This document shows, piece after piece, positions 40,125 to 49,650 of a stretch of 64,000 bases of DNA. The position numbers and the translations under genes are program-made. Origin of the DNA: Candidatus Paceibacter sp. (GTDB taxonomy: Bacteria; Patescibacteriota; Patescibacteriia; S139-126); assembly GCA_020724865.1 (NCBI GenBank), contig DYGA01000005.1:4094-68093 (forward strand), written 5' to 3'. The notes beneath the pieces were generated by a model that saw only the letters and a program-made list of their open reading frames with translations, did no database searches and had not been told where the DNA came from. Within the stretch, counting starts at the first letter, position 1. The number at the start of each line of letters is the position of its first letter.

Positions 40125-40892
40125 ATGAAATATCTTATAGCCAATTGGAAAATGAATTTAACGGCAGCTGATAGTGAGGAACATGTCAAGTTAATTTTAA
40201 AAAATATTATACCCTATTTATCTCGAGTCAATGCAGTTATTTGTCCTTCTTTTCCATCACTAGCAATTGTTTCCGAATTATTGTCAGGTTCGGGTATAGC
40301 TCTGGGTGCCCAGAACTGTTTTTGGGAAGAAAAGGGTAGTTTTACTGGAGAAGTTTCGCCGTTAATGCTTAAAGAGTTTAATGTTGATTATATAATTATT
40401 GGTCATTCAGAAAGAAGGCAACAATTGCACGAGACAGATGAGATGATAAATAAAAAAATGCAAGCTGTATTTAGAGCTGGTTTAACACCTATTTTATGTG
40501 TGGGCGAAACTTTTTCGGAAAGACAGTTGGGTAGAAAAGATTTTGTTATTGCTGGTCAAGTCGAAAGCGCTTTAAAAAATATTCAATTGGTAAATAAAAA
40601 ATTATTGATTGCTTATGAGCCAGTTTGGGTTATTGGAAGCGGACAGGCAGTTAAAATTGAAGAGGCTGAACATGCTGTTAGAGTTATCAAGCAGGTTTTG
40701 ATTGATTTATATCCCAATCTTGATTTGAAAAACGGTGTGGAAATTTTATATGGTGGTAGTGTGGATAGTAAAAATATAAATTATTTTACTTCCTCGCCAT
40801 TACTTGATGGAGTTTTGGTTGGCAGTGCGAGTTTAGATGTTGATGAATTTAGTCAAATGGCAAAAATAATATATGAGAATTTAGCCAAATAA
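40125..40892 (+). CDS. tpiA: Triosephosphate isomerase
   Basis: ANWKMN, IIGHSERR and AYEPVWVIGSG motifs. Confidence 0.93.
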   Translation: MKYLIANWKMNLTAADSEEHVKLILKNIIPYLSRVNAVICPSFPSLAIVSELLSGSGIALGAQNCFWEEKGSFTGEVSPLMLKEFNVDYIIIGHSERRQQLHETDEMINKKMQAVFRAGLTPILCVGETFSERQLGRKDFVIAGQVESALKNIQLVNKKLLIAYEPVWVIGSGQAVKIEEAEHAVRVIKQVLIDLYPNLDLKNGVEILYGGSVDSKNINYFTSSPLLDGVLVGSASLDVDEFSQMAKIIYENLAK

Positions 40893-40895
40893 TTT

Positions 40896-41750
40896 ATGTT
40901 GGTCCATATCAAAGATTTAGTTAGTCAGGCAGTCAAACAAAACTATTGTTTAGGGGCGTATAACGTTCATAATCTAGAAACTGCCATAGCGGTGGCTCAA
41001 GCAGCTCAAGATATGAAATCACCGGCCATTATTCAGGTATCAGAAAGCGCGGCAAAATATATGGGTATAAAAACCGTAGTCAATATAGTATCAGCTTTAG
41101 CTGAAGAGGTTGCTAAAGATGTGCCCTTAGCTTTACATTTAGATCATGGCAAAAATATTGATTTTTTATTTAGTTGTATAGCTGCCGGTTTTAAATCAGT
41201 GCATATGGATGGTTCTGAACTATCTTTTGACGAAAATATTGCCATAACTAAACGAGCAGTTGATTTTGCTCACCATCATGACGTTTGGGTGCAGGGTGAG
41301 GTGGGAGCGATATTAGGTGGTCATGGTAGTGAGGGTAAATTAAATCAAGTTGTACCCTTGGCTAATCCTGAAGATGTTTATAAGTTTATTCAAGCGACTG
41401 GAGTTGATACTGTGGCTCCGGCAGTTGGCACTGCTCATGGTAATTTTAAAGACGAGAACATTGATTTTGCATTATTAGCTACTATTAAGAATAAAATTGG
41501 TAATGTACCTTTGGTACTGCATGGTGGCAGTGGTAATGATGACAAAATCTTACAAGCTATAAAATTGGGAGTAAATATTGTCAATATTGGCACGGATATA
41601 AAAGTTGGTTTTACGAAAAGTGTTATTAAGCAGGCAAAATTAAATCCTAAGGAAACTGATCCGCGTAAACTTTTGTCACCGGCGATTGAAGCGGTTAAAG
41701 CTTTGGTAATGGCCAAAATGAAATTGTTTGGCAGTGCCAATAAAGCCTAA
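40896..41750 (+). CDS. fba: Class II fructose-bisphosphate aldolase
   Basis: Class II FBA/GatY family, with LHLDHG, H-rich zinc ligands and GAYNVHNLE. Confidence 0.85.
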   Translation: MLVHIKDLVSQAVKQNYCLGAYNVHNLETAIAVAQAAQDMKSPAIIQVSESAAKYMGIKTVVNIVSALAEEVAKDVPLALHLDHGKNIDFLFSCIAAGFKSVHMDGSELSFDENIAITKRAVDFAHHHDVWVQGEVGAILGGHGSEGKLNQVVPLANPEDVYKFIQATGVDTVAPAVGTAHGNFKDENIDFALLATIKNKIGNVPLVLHGGSGNDDKILQAIKLGVNIVNIGTDIKVGFTKSVIKQAKLNPKETDPRKLLSPAIEAVKALVMAKMKLFGSANKA

Positions 41751-41769
41751 GTTGATATCTATTATATAT

Positions 41770-42669
41770 ATGCTTTGGTATGAAATCATTTTTTTAATTA
41801 TAGCGGCTTCTTGCTTTGCCGGTATTGTTTATTTTTTAGTTAAAAAATTTCCTTTGGCTGCCAGAGTTGATATTGCTAATTTGGCGGAAACTAAGCAGCA
41901 AGAAATTAAAAAAAATATGTTAGAGCAACGTTTGCGGCGGTTGCTTTTGGAACGGACAAAAATTTGGCGAACCAAAGTACAAGCTTTATTGAAAGTGTTA
42001 AAAAATATTTTATTGGGCTTATACCATGACTTGTTGGAAAAGGAGAAACAACTTTTAAATAAGCGTCGTCAGTCAAAATCAGCCGCAGTGGTTGGTATGA
42101 ACTCTTTACAACAGCGTTTGAGTGATTTATTAATTGCGGCTCAAGAACATATGAAAAAAGATGAATTTGTTGAAGCAGAAAGAAAATTTTTAGAAATAAT
42201 TTCACTTGATCCAAAAAATATAGATGCTTTTGAAGGATTAGGTGATATCTATGTTGAATTAAAAAAATATAATGAAGCTAAAGAAGTATTTGAATTTTTG
42301 TTAAAATTGAGTAATGCTGAAGCATACTTTCACAATAAATTAGGACAAGTGGCCAGAGCTCAAGGTCATTTACAGGAAGCAGAAGCACAATTTCGTTTGT
42401 CAGTCGAAACAAATAATCAAAATGCAAATTATTTATATAATTTAGCTGAGGTTTTTGTTATGGAAAATGAATATGATCAGGCAGTTGAATATTTTGAAAA
42501 AGCTCTCGCTTTAGAACCAAAAAATCCTAAATATCTTGACGCTTTATTAAATATAAGTATAATTAGAAAAGATAAAGTTAGAGCTGGGCAAATTTTAAAT
42601 GTTTTGAAAGAAGTAAATCCTGAAAATAATAAAATATCAGAATGGCGAGAACAGATCGAGAGTCTTTGA
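41770..42669 (+). CDS. Membrane-anchored TPR-repeat protein
   Basis: N-terminal TM, a coiled coil, then about 4 TPR repeats. The start is taken at the internal Met so that it does not overlap fba. Confidence 0.6.
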   Translation: MLWYEIIFLIIAASCFAGIVYFLVKKFPLAARVDIANLAETKQQEIKKNMLEQRLRRLLLERTKIWRTKVQALLKVLKNILLGLYHDLLEKEKQLLNKRRQSKSAAVVGMNSLQQRLSDLLIAAQEHMKKDEFVEAERKFLEIISLDPKNIDAFEGLGDIYVELKKYNEAKEVFEFLLKLSNAEAYFHNKLGQVARAQGHLQEAEAQFRLSVETNNQNANYLYNLAEVFVMENEYDQAVEYFEKALALEPKNPKYLDALLNISIIRKDKVRAGQILNVLKEVNPENNKISEWREQIESL

Positions 42670-42755
42670 ATTTTTTTATATTTAATTTATATCTTTTGGT
42701 TTCTATTTAAGCCATTGTAACTTTTGTTGATATAGCTGCCCGCCAATCGCCGGGC

Positions 42756-42831
42756 GCCGATGTAGCTCAGTTGGTAGAGCAACTCCATGGTAAGGAGTAG
42801 GTCCGCAGTTCAAATCTGCGCATCGGCTCCA
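42756..42831 (+). tRNA. tRNA-Thr (anticodon GGT)
   Basis: Acceptor gccgatg/catcggc, D-arm gctc/gagc, anticodon stem actcc/ggagt with loop atGGTaa, T-arm cgcag-ttcaaat-ctgcg, and encoded CCA. Confidence 0.85.
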
Positions 42832-42852
42832 GGCGATCGGCAGGCGGACTGA

Positions 42853-42883
42853 CATGGTAAGGAGTAGGACCGCAATTAAAACG
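42853..42883 (+). repeat. Degenerate duplicate of the anticodon-to-T-arm half of tRNA-Thr(GGT), a tRNA fragment
   Basis: catggtaaggagtagg is identical to tRNA positions around the anticodon. It is followed by accgcaattaaaacg versus tccgcagttcaaatc. It lies 22 nt after the intact tRNA. Confidence 0.6.
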
Positions 42884-43002
42884 TATAGCGACCAAGTATG
42901 TAAATCGAATATTAAGGTTAGAGGTTATTTGTATATTTATATCGCATAAAAAAGTTTCATAAAAATTTAGTAAAACTGCATTATAGTGCGGTTTTTTTAC
43001 AC

Positions 43003-43031
43003 TTGAAAAAACACGGCTATTGTGTTATATT
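43003..43031 (+). promoter_or_regulatory. Putative promoter TTGAAA-17-TATATT for the tRNA-Tyr/Thr/rpmG unit
   Basis: It follows a hairpin/T-run at about 42977-43000. Confidence 0.35.
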
Positions 43032-43072
43032 GTGATGGCTTATTTAAAATATATAAAATTATTAATTTTATT

Positions 43073-43158
43073 GGGTGGATACCGAAGTGGTCAAACGGGG
43101 CAGACTGTAAATCTGCTGGCTTACGCCTTCGTAGGTTCGATCCCTACTCCACCCACCA
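43073..43158 (+). tRNA. tRNA-Tyr (anticodon GTA), long variable arm
   Basis: Acceptor gggtgga/tccaccc, anticodon stem gcaga/tctgc with loop ctGTAaa, a 14-nt variable arm, T-arm gtagg-ttcgatc-cctac, and CCA. Confidence 0.85.
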
Positions 43159-43212
43159 TTTTGCATCATAAGTTAAAATTTAGAGTTTTAAATGATAATA
43201 TATTTTATTTAA

Positions 43213-43287
43213 GCCGAGATAGCTCAATGGTAGAGCAACGGTTTTGTAAACCGTAGGTTGGAGGTTCAAATCCTCTTCTCGGCTCCA
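43213..43287 (+). tRNA. tRNA-Thr (anticodon TGT)
   Basis: Acceptor gccgaga/tctcggc, anticodon stem acggt/accgt with loop ttTGTaa, T-arm ggagg-ttcaaat-cctct, and CCA. Confidence 0.85.
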
Positions 43288-43385
43288 TTAAAAATTTTAA
43301 ACAACAATCAAACAAAAAAATCTAAATAGTTTATTTATCTTGATAATTTGTATTTTGAAATTTTTTTAATATTAAATTTTATTTT

Positions 43386-43541
43386 ATGTCACAAGACAAT
43401 TTGATTAAATTAGAGTGCACCGAGTGTCATCATGTTAATTATCATTCACACAAAAATAAAAAAACATTAAAAGCGCGTTTGGAAATTAATAAATATTGCC
43501 GCTGGTGCAAAAAACATCAACTTCATAAAGAAACTAAGTAA
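43386..43541 (+). CDS. rpmG: 50S ribosomal protein L33 (zinc-ribbon form)
   Basis: Manual translation: [51 protein letters not shown]. This is the L33 pattern, with C..C ... C..C. It is below the ORF-track cutoff. Confidence 0.85.
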   Translation: MSQDNLIKLECTECHHVNYHSHKNKKTLKARLEINKYCRWCKKHQLHKETK

Positions 43542-43548
43542 TTTTTTT

Positions 43549-43977
43549 ATGAAAAAAATTTTTATTTTTCTTTTTGTTTTTTCTTTTCTCAGTCTTACCG
43601 GTTGTTTTTCTTTACAAAAATTAGATCAACAAGTGTTGAAAACAAATCAAGAATTATCAGATAAATTACAACAGGAACACGGTGAAGAAATCCTAAATAA
43701 ACAAGTTGAGTTAAAAGATAAAGCCAAAGCAACTGCCGGCGATGTTGCCGAAAAAACTATTAGTTTTATTGCTAAATCGTTAACTGATAGTGTCAAAAAG
43801 GAAATTGATAATTGGTTGGAAAAAAAAGGTTTGAACCAATATGGCGATCCAGCTGACACTGTTTATGCTGGTGGCAGCCCTTTGTTTGATGAAACTTCGG
43901 GTGAGAGTAAAGACAAATATGAATATATTTTAGAGAAAAATCCGGAGTTGATTGACGAATTAAATTTAAAAAATTAA
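43549..43977 (+). CDS. Hypothetical lipoprotein
   Basis: Signal peptide with lipobox LTGC, followed by a charged/helical body. Confidence 0.55.
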   Translation: MKKIFIFLFVFSFLSLTGCFSLQKLDQQVLKTNQELSDKLQQEHGEEILNKQVELKDKAKATAGDVAEKTISFIAKSLTDSVKKEIDNWLEKKGLNQYGDPADTVYAGGSPLFDETSGESKDKYEYILEKNPELIDELNLKN

Positions 43978-43988
43978 CTAATTTTGTT

Positions 43989-44064
43989 GGGGGCGTAGTG
44001 TCAATGGCTAGCACAAGGGTCTCCAAAACCTTTAGTCTGGGTTCGAATCCTAGCGCCCCTGCCA
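43989..44064 (+). tRNA. tRNA-Trp (anticodon CCA)
   Basis: Acceptor gggggcg/cgcccct, anticodon stem agggt/acctt with loop ctCCAaa, T-arm ctggg-ttcgaat-cctag, and CCA. Confidence 0.8.
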
Positions 44065-44091
44065 AGATTGGTTAATTTTTTTTAATTAAAA

Positions 44092-44121
44092 TAAACCCAT
44101 CATCAATATGATGGGTTTTTA
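44092..44121. terminator. Bidirectional terminator
   Basis: acccatcat-caat-atgatgggt stem followed by T5. Confidence 0.75.
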
Positions 44122-44223
44122 TATGATGGTTAAGGATTAGTCAATATTACCGGATTATAAGTGAAATAAGTAATAACCAATCCGGAGTTAAGAATAAAAA
44201 TAAAATATATAAGTTTGTCTGTA

Positions 44224-44664
44224 TTATTTTTTGGACAATAAGTCTATGGATTTAGGTAATCTTTCAGAAGTATAAGCGTTTAAAAAAGCTTCTTTGTCTC
44301 CATATTCTACAAATTGTTCATGATGTTTTGGTTGGATAAATTCATTATCAACACGATGTTTTATGCCACACCAATATTTTTCTGTTTGCGCAGCAATTTC
44401 TCCAGCATAAGCTAACCAACCATTAGCATAGCCACAATATGCACAATTAATTTTTTCAAAAATATTTAGGTAGGCAAGTTTATGTCTATCAATCCGAATA
44501 TATTTTCTCCGGTTAACTAGCGGTATTTCATAAAGAGGAAAACAGGTGTGATGATATACTTCCAAGATTATATCAGCTGCTATTATCCAGATTAAATTAA
44601 TCCAAATAAATGGCGCGGAAATTAAGTGTTTAATATACCTGTCTGGATGTTTTTTTGCTTCCAT
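44224..44664 (-). CDS. Hypothetical Cys/His-containing membrane-associated protein
   Basis: One TM helix, then CAYCG ... WCGIKH. No family recognised. Confidence 0.4.
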   Translation of the reverse strand: MEAKKHPDRYIKHLISAPFIWINLIWIIAADIILEVYHHTCFPLYEIPLVNRRKYIRIDRHKLAYLNIFEKINCAYCGYANGWLAYAGEIAAQTEKYWCGIKHRVDNEFIQPKHHEQFVEYGDKEAFLNAYTSERLPKSIDLLSKK

Positions 44665-45027
44665 ATATAAATATTATATATTTTAAAATTATTATTTAGT
44701 AAATTAATTTTGTCAAATGATATTGACTTATAATTGGAATCGTATTAACTTAAAATCGCTCTTTTAAAATTTTAAAACTGGAGTCACAATGAAAAAAACA
44801 TTTTTATTGTGGTTATGTTGATAATCGCTTTAGTAATTTTTACTGTTGATTTAGGTCTAGCAAAAGGTTGGGCAGCCATACCTGCTTTTTTTGCCTTAGT
44901 GGCTATGCTTCATCCTAAACGTTAGTAAAATTTTTGGGCGGATTTATTTCTGCCCCTTTTATTTGCCAAAAAAAATTTTATATGTTTAAATATCAAGATT
45001 CCATTTCAAAATAAACAGGAGTTAGAT

Positions 45028-45252
45028 ATGAAAAGGTTGTTTTTCGTTCTTTTTTTAATAATATTATTAAACCAAGTTATTATTGGCCAACCGCGATTGG
45101 AAAATACTGATACTAATTTTCAGAATGTTATTGAGATTTTCAAACAAATAGTTGGATGGTTTTTTATAATCCTAATAATAATTTTTGGCATTGGCGCCAC
45201 GGTAATGAATTTAAGTCGTAAAGACAAAAAGGAAAAACAAATAGAGCCATAA
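45028..45252 (+). CDS. Small secreted/membrane protein (74 aa)
   Basis: Signal peptide plus one TM helix. Confidence 0.4.
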   Translation: MKRLFFVLFLIILLNQVIIGQPRLENTDTNFQNVIEIFKQIVGWFFIILIIIFGIGATVMNLSRKDKKEKQIEP

Positions 45253-45254
45253 AT

Positions 45255-45992
45255 ATGGCTCTTTTTTATTTAGTGATTTATAATATTTTTATGTATAAGA
45301 AAATTAGTAATGAATTAAACAGTTTAAAAAATAAAAATAAAGCCCAAATTTTACAACGTTTTTTTAAAACTGAAAAAGGCGAGTATGGCTTTGGTGACAG
45401 ATTTTTGGGTATTGTTGTTCCTAGACAAAGACAAGTGGCCATAAAATATTATGGCAGTGCTACTTTGGTTGATGTTAAAAAATTATTACATAGCCCTTGG
45501 CATGAATATCGTTTGGTGGGATTATTGCTTTTGACTTACAAATTTCCTCACAGCAGTCCCAAAGAAAAAAAACAGATTTTTAGATTTTATTTACAAACTA
45601 TTGATTGTATCAACAATTGGGATTTGGTTGATCTGTCTGCTGATAAAATAGTCGGAGCTTATTTATTTGATCAACCTAATAAAAAAATATTGTATCAATT
45701 GGCAAAAAGCAAAAATGTTTGGTCGCGGCGTATTGCTATAGTGGCCACTTTTTATTTTATTAAACACAATCAATTTAGTGATACTTTACGTCTTGCTAAA
45801 TTATTACTTCATGATGAACACGATTTGATACACAAAGCGGTGGGTTGGATGTTACGTGAAATAGGTAAGCGCGATCAAAAAGTATTAGTTAAGTTTTTAG
45901 ATAAATATTATAAAAAAATGCCTCGGACTATGCTCCGGTACGCCATTGAAAGATTATCCATCAATCACAGGCAGCAATATATGAAAAAATAA
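45255..45992 (+). CDS. DNA alkylation repair protein, AlkD-like HEAT-repeat glycosylase family
   Basis: WSRRIAIV, HKAVGWMLREIG and other HEAT-like repeat motifs of the AlkD/AlkC family. The start could be the internal Met at about 45291. Confidence 0.6.
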   Translation: MALFYLVIYNIFMYKKISNELNSLKNKNKAQILQRFFKTEKGEYGFGDRFLGIVVPRQRQVAIKYYGSATLVDVKKLLHSPWHEYRLVGLLLLTYKFPHSSPKEKKQIFRFYLQTIDCINNWDLVDLSADKIVGAYLFDQPNKKILYQLAKSKNVWSRRIAIVATFYFIKHNQFSDTLRLAKLLLHDEHDLIHKAVGWMLREIGKRDQKVLVKFLDKYYKKMPRTMLRYAIERLSINHRQQYMKK

Positions 45993-46001
45993 AATAGGGA
46001 T

Positions 46002-46352
46002 TTAAATAATCCCTATTTTTTTAAAAATAAAAAAATAAATTAGCAGCACCGTGATTTGTGCTAGGGCAAAAGAACAAATACCGCTGTGCGGATTGGTATA
46101 TAATTTACCCGCGCTATCGCGCCAACCACGACCAAAATTACTGATTATCAACTCGATAACAGAGTAGATAAATCCCAAAGATAAATAGTAAACAATGGCG
46201 GCTTTCAGACATGACCAAGCGGTCACAAAATATAGCATTAAACAAAAAGTGGTAAATAAAAATCCGGTCCAAAACCAGAATTTATCTAAATGGGATAAAA
46301 AATGTTTTTTTGTTTGTATCATTTGGGCCTCGGTATTAAAGGTTCTTGCCAA
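46002..46352 (-). CDS. Hypothetical membrane protein
   Basis: Three predicted TM helices. It overlaps the next ORF by 34 nt. Confidence 0.35.
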   Translation of the reverse strand: MARTFNTEAQMIQTKKHFLSHLDKFWFWTGFLFTTFCLMLYFVTAWSCLKAAIVYYLSLGFIYSVIELIISNFGRGWRDSAGKLYTNPHSGICSFALAQITVLLIYFFIFKKIGII

Positions 46353-46561
46353 ACTAGTTGGGGGTTTTGATAAGAAAATTTAATTGCTTGATTTTGATCA
46401 CAAATATTTTTCCACATAGTAGTAGCGATTTCTCTGGCTTCATTTTTTTGTTCAATATTGGTCATGCCGGGAATGGGTAAATTATGAATATTTCCCTCAT
46501 TATCAAAGGGATGTTTTTTACTCTTCCATTGTAAGCACCACATTGTGTTTTTTCCTTTCAA
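46319..46561 (-). CDS. Hypothetical protein (80 aa)
   Basis: ORF only. It may be the N-terminal part of a frameshifted gene together with 46002-46352. Confidence 0.3.
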   Translation of the reverse strand: MKGKNTMWCLQWKSKKHPFDNEGNIHNLPIPGMTNIEQKNEAREIATTMWKNICDQNQAIKFSYQNPQLVWQEPLIPRPK

Positions 46562-46840
46562 TTGGTTGTTAAATAACTATTAAATAATTAATAAGTCTAG
46601 TAAATTATTGTGTTTTTGTCAATTATTATTGGTTAGTATTGACAATTTTCAAAAAGTATGCTAATATGATTTGTTATAGTAAATTAATAATTTTAATACT
46701 TTCAAAATTCCATTCATCTTAACCCTCCTTTAAACCTTTCGGTAAAAGCCCATATTTAAAAAATATGGGCTCCTTTCTTTTATAATTGAAATAAATTGAC
46801 TTTCAATGTTATACTAAAATAGTAATAATTAACTAAATAT

Positions 46841-47824
46841 ATGGATAATAATTTGAATACTCAAATAAATCAGAGTAAAAGTACTCCCCGGGATGTATTT
46901 TTGCATTTATTGGCAATTGTCCTTTTGTATATCGGTATTTTTAGTTTAATTGCTTTACTCTGGAAATATGTGGATGTGATATTACCTGATCAATTGAAAA
47001 TGTTTTATAGTTATAGCCAAGCTTCAGCGGTAATGAAAAATTCTATAGCTGCTTTATTGGTAGTTTGGCCAGTATTTATTTTTGTTAATTGGTTGATCAA
47101 AAAAAATGAAAATAAAGAAGTAGCTAAACGAGAATTGAAAGTAAAAAAGTGGTTGCTCAATTTGACTCTTTTTATTGCGGCACTGACAATGATTATTGAT
47201 TTGATAATGCTGATTAATAATTTTTTAGATGGCAGTTTAACTCTGAATTTCTTTTTAAAGGTACTGGTGGTGTTGGTGGTAGCGGGGGCAGTGTTTGGTT
47301 ATTATCTTTGGGATTTAAAACAGGATGTTAGTAAAAATTTGCCACTCGCTAAAATTTTTGCTTGGGGTACATCTAGTTTGATTTTAATTGCCATTGTTGC
47401 TGGTTTTTTTATTATGGGGACTCCGGCTGAACAGCGAGCCAAAAGGTTTGATGAACAGAGAATACAAAATTTACAAGTATTACAGTCAGAAATAATTAAT
47501 TATTGGCAAGTAAAAGGTTCTTTACCGCAAAATTTGGACGCTTTGAAAAATAGTGTGACAGGTTTTACACCACCGCTTGATCCGGCCACCAATTTACCTT
47601 ATGAATACAATATCAAAAATGATTTAACCTTTGAGCTGTGTGCAGATTTTGCCAGTGATGGTAATGATATGAAAGTTGGTTATAAAAATATGATGCCCCG
47701 TTTTGACAGTTATGGTTATGAAGCCAACTGGGATCATGGCGTGGGTCGCACTTGTTTTGAACGCACGATTGATCCGGATTTTTATAAAAAAGCCAGCAAT
47801 AATGTACTCGAACCGGTTGATTAA
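46841..47824 (+). CDS. Multi-TM membrane protein with a C-terminal pseudopilin (GspG-like) domain
   Basis: About 5 TM N-terminally. The C-terminal segment LPQNLDAL...PPLDPATNLPYEY...FELCADFASDGND resembles the conserved core of type II secretion / type IV pilin-like proteins, but no prepilin leader is present. Confidence 0.4.
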   Translation: MDNNLNTQINQSKSTPRDVFLHLLAIVLLYIGIFSLIALLWKYVDVILPDQLKMFYSYSQASAVMKNSIAALLVVWPVFIFVNWLIKKNENKEVAKRELKVKKWLLNLTLFIAALTMIIDLIMLINNFLDGSLTLNFFLKVLVVLVVAGAVFGYYLWDLKQDVSKNLPLAKIFAWGTSSLILIAIVAGFFIMGTPAEQRAKRFDEQRIQNLQVLQSEIINYWQVKGSLPQNLDALKNSVTGFTPPLDPATNLPYEYNIKNDLTFELCADFASDGNDMKVGYKNMMPRFDSYGYEANWDHGVGRTCFERTIDPDFYKKASNNVLEPVD

Positions 47825-47829
47825 TATTT

Positions 47830-48141
47830 ATGAAAAAACGCCCATTAATTTTTAAAGGTTTTATTCAAGCTTCCTTGGCAGTAATGTATATTGTTTTAGT
47901 GGCTTTGTTTATGAATAACGCCGAACAGATTATTGGCGGTAACAAATCATTTTTGGGGCCAGTTGCCTTTTTGTTGCTATTTGTTTTTTCTGCCGCCACA
48001 GTTGGATCATTGGTTTTGGGTCGGCCTATACTGATGTATCTTGATCAGCACAAAAAAGAAGCCGTATATCTATTTGCTTTTACCTTGAGTTGGTTGTTTG
48101 GTTATACTTTGCTGGCATTGCTGATTTTGTGGTTGATTTAG
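47830..48141 (+). CDS. Small membrane protein (103 aa, 3 TM)
   Basis: Hydrophobic ORF co-directional with, and 5 nt after, the preceding gene. Confidence 0.45.
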   Translation: MKKRPLIFKGFIQASLAVMYIVLVALFMNNAEQIIGGNKSFLGPVAFLLLFVFSAATVGSLVLGRPILMYLDQHKKEAVYLFAFTLSWLFGYTLLALLILWLI

Positions 48142-48165
48142 AAGTTTATAATTAGTTAAATAAAT

Positions 48166-48192
48166 AAAACCCGACACCAAATCGGGTTTTTT
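48166..48192 (+). terminator. Rho-independent terminator
   Basis: aaaacccga...tcgggtttttt. Confidence 0.75.
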
Positions 48193-48490
48193 GATTTTAA
48201 TTTAATTTTTTTTATCCTTTATCCTAGTTGCTTAATCCTAATTCTTGACATAATACGTAAAAAGTGTATAATAATATGATTTGTTCAATATAAAATAAAA
48301 TAAAAAAGGAAAAATAATGTTTGAAAGACAACTCGCACCACCAGTAAAATTTTTTTGGTTTATAACTAAAATATCCATAACAGTTTTATTGGGTTTTGTA
48401 ATACTTTCTTACGTATTACATTAATTTATATATTGCCGCTCGAAATTCGTGCGGCTTTTTTATTTAGTAAATATTTTGTATGATAAGAGT

Positions 48491-49588
48491 ATGTCACAAC
48501 TTGTCATAAAAGAAAATGAGCCGTTGGCTCGCCATACCAGTTTTCGGATAGGTGGGCCAGCCAGGTATTATATTAAAATAACCAGCGCCAATCAGTTGGT
48601 AGAAGCTATGGATTTTGTTGCAGAAAAAAAATTACCCTGGCTAGCTTTGGGCGGCGGTAGTAATATGTTAGTTAGTGATCAAGGTTATGAGGGAGTGGTA
48701 TTACATATTTGCCCCAAAGGAATGAAGTTAATCCAAATAGATGAGAACAGATTTGAACTAAAAGTTGGCGCTGGAGAAGTTTGGGATGACGTGGTAAATT
48801 TTGCTGTACTTCATAACCTATGGGGAATTGAAAATTTATCATATATTCCAGGTCTGGCCGGTGGTTTTCCCGTACAAAATGTCGGAGCTTACGGTCAAGA
48901 AGCCAGTCAAGTTATAAAAGAAGTTTATGTTTATGATATAAAGACTAAACAGTCAAGAGTGTTGAATAAGGATGATTGTCAGTTTGCTTATCGGCAGAGT
49001 ATTTTCAATACCACTCAAAAAGAAAAATATATAATTACCGGTTTGACTCTTGATTTAGTAACTACTCCACAACCAAATTTAGCTTATAAGGATTTGGCCG
49101 AATATTTTACCAATAAGACTCCTACCTTGTTGGAAATTAGACAGGCGGTAATAGCTATTAGGGACAAAAAATTGCCTCACCCCAAAGATATAGGCAGCGC
49201 TGGTTCATTTTTTAAAAATTTGGAATTAAGCTTGGATCAGTATAAAAATATGGCAGAGATGGTGAAAGGAAAATTGGGTCAAGAAAAATATGAGGATTTG
49301 GAGAAATTAGTCAGACACACAGCCACGGGTATTAAAGTGCCCACCGCTTTTGTCATTGATAAATTACTGGGTTTGAAAGGTTTGCAAATTGGCGGAGCAA
49401 AAATCTATGAACAACAAGCCTTGGTCATTATCAATTATTCCGGACAAGCTCAAGCCAGTGATGTTTTATCAATTTTTAAAAAAGTTAGAACCCAAGCTAA
49501 ACAATTATTGGGTATTGAAATATTACCCGAACCAAATTTGATTGGCTTTAGTCAAAATGAATTGGATTATTATTTTTCTTTTGAGTAG
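48491..49588 (+). CDS. murB: UDP-N-acetylenolpyruvoylglucosamine reductase
   Basis: FAD-binding LARHTSFRIGGPA and GGGSNML motifs, plus a MurB C-terminal domain. The start is at the internal Met. Confidence 0.85.
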   Translation: MSQLVIKENEPLARHTSFRIGGPARYYIKITSANQLVEAMDFVAEKKLPWLALGGGSNMLVSDQGYEGVVLHICPKGMKLIQIDENRFELKVGAGEVWDDVVNFAVLHNLWGIENLSYIPGLAGGFPVQNVGAYGQEASQVIKEVYVYDIKTKQSRVLNKDDCQFAYRQSIFNTTQKEKYIITGLTLDLVTTPQPNLAYKDLAEYFTNKTPTLLEIRQAVIAIRDKKLPHPKDIGSAGSFFKNLELSLDQYKNMAEMVKGKLGQEKYEDLEKLVRHTATGIKVPTAFVIDKLLGLKGLQIGGAKIYEQQALVIINYSGQAQASDVLSIFKKVRTQAKQLLGIEILPEPNLIGFSQNELDYYFSFE

Positions 49589-49650
49589 AATAAAGAATAT
49601 ATATTAGGTAAAAAAAATAAATAAATTTTTTTATTTTAATTATTTATTTT

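Noticed and set aside
43020-43256. A 78-aa plus-strand ORF, and 43793-44065 on the minus strand.
   Set aside because: Both run through tRNA genes (Tyr/Thr and Trp respectively).
46195-46383. A 62-aa plus-strand ORF.
   Set aside because: It is antisense to two overlapping minus-strand ORFs and has no start context.
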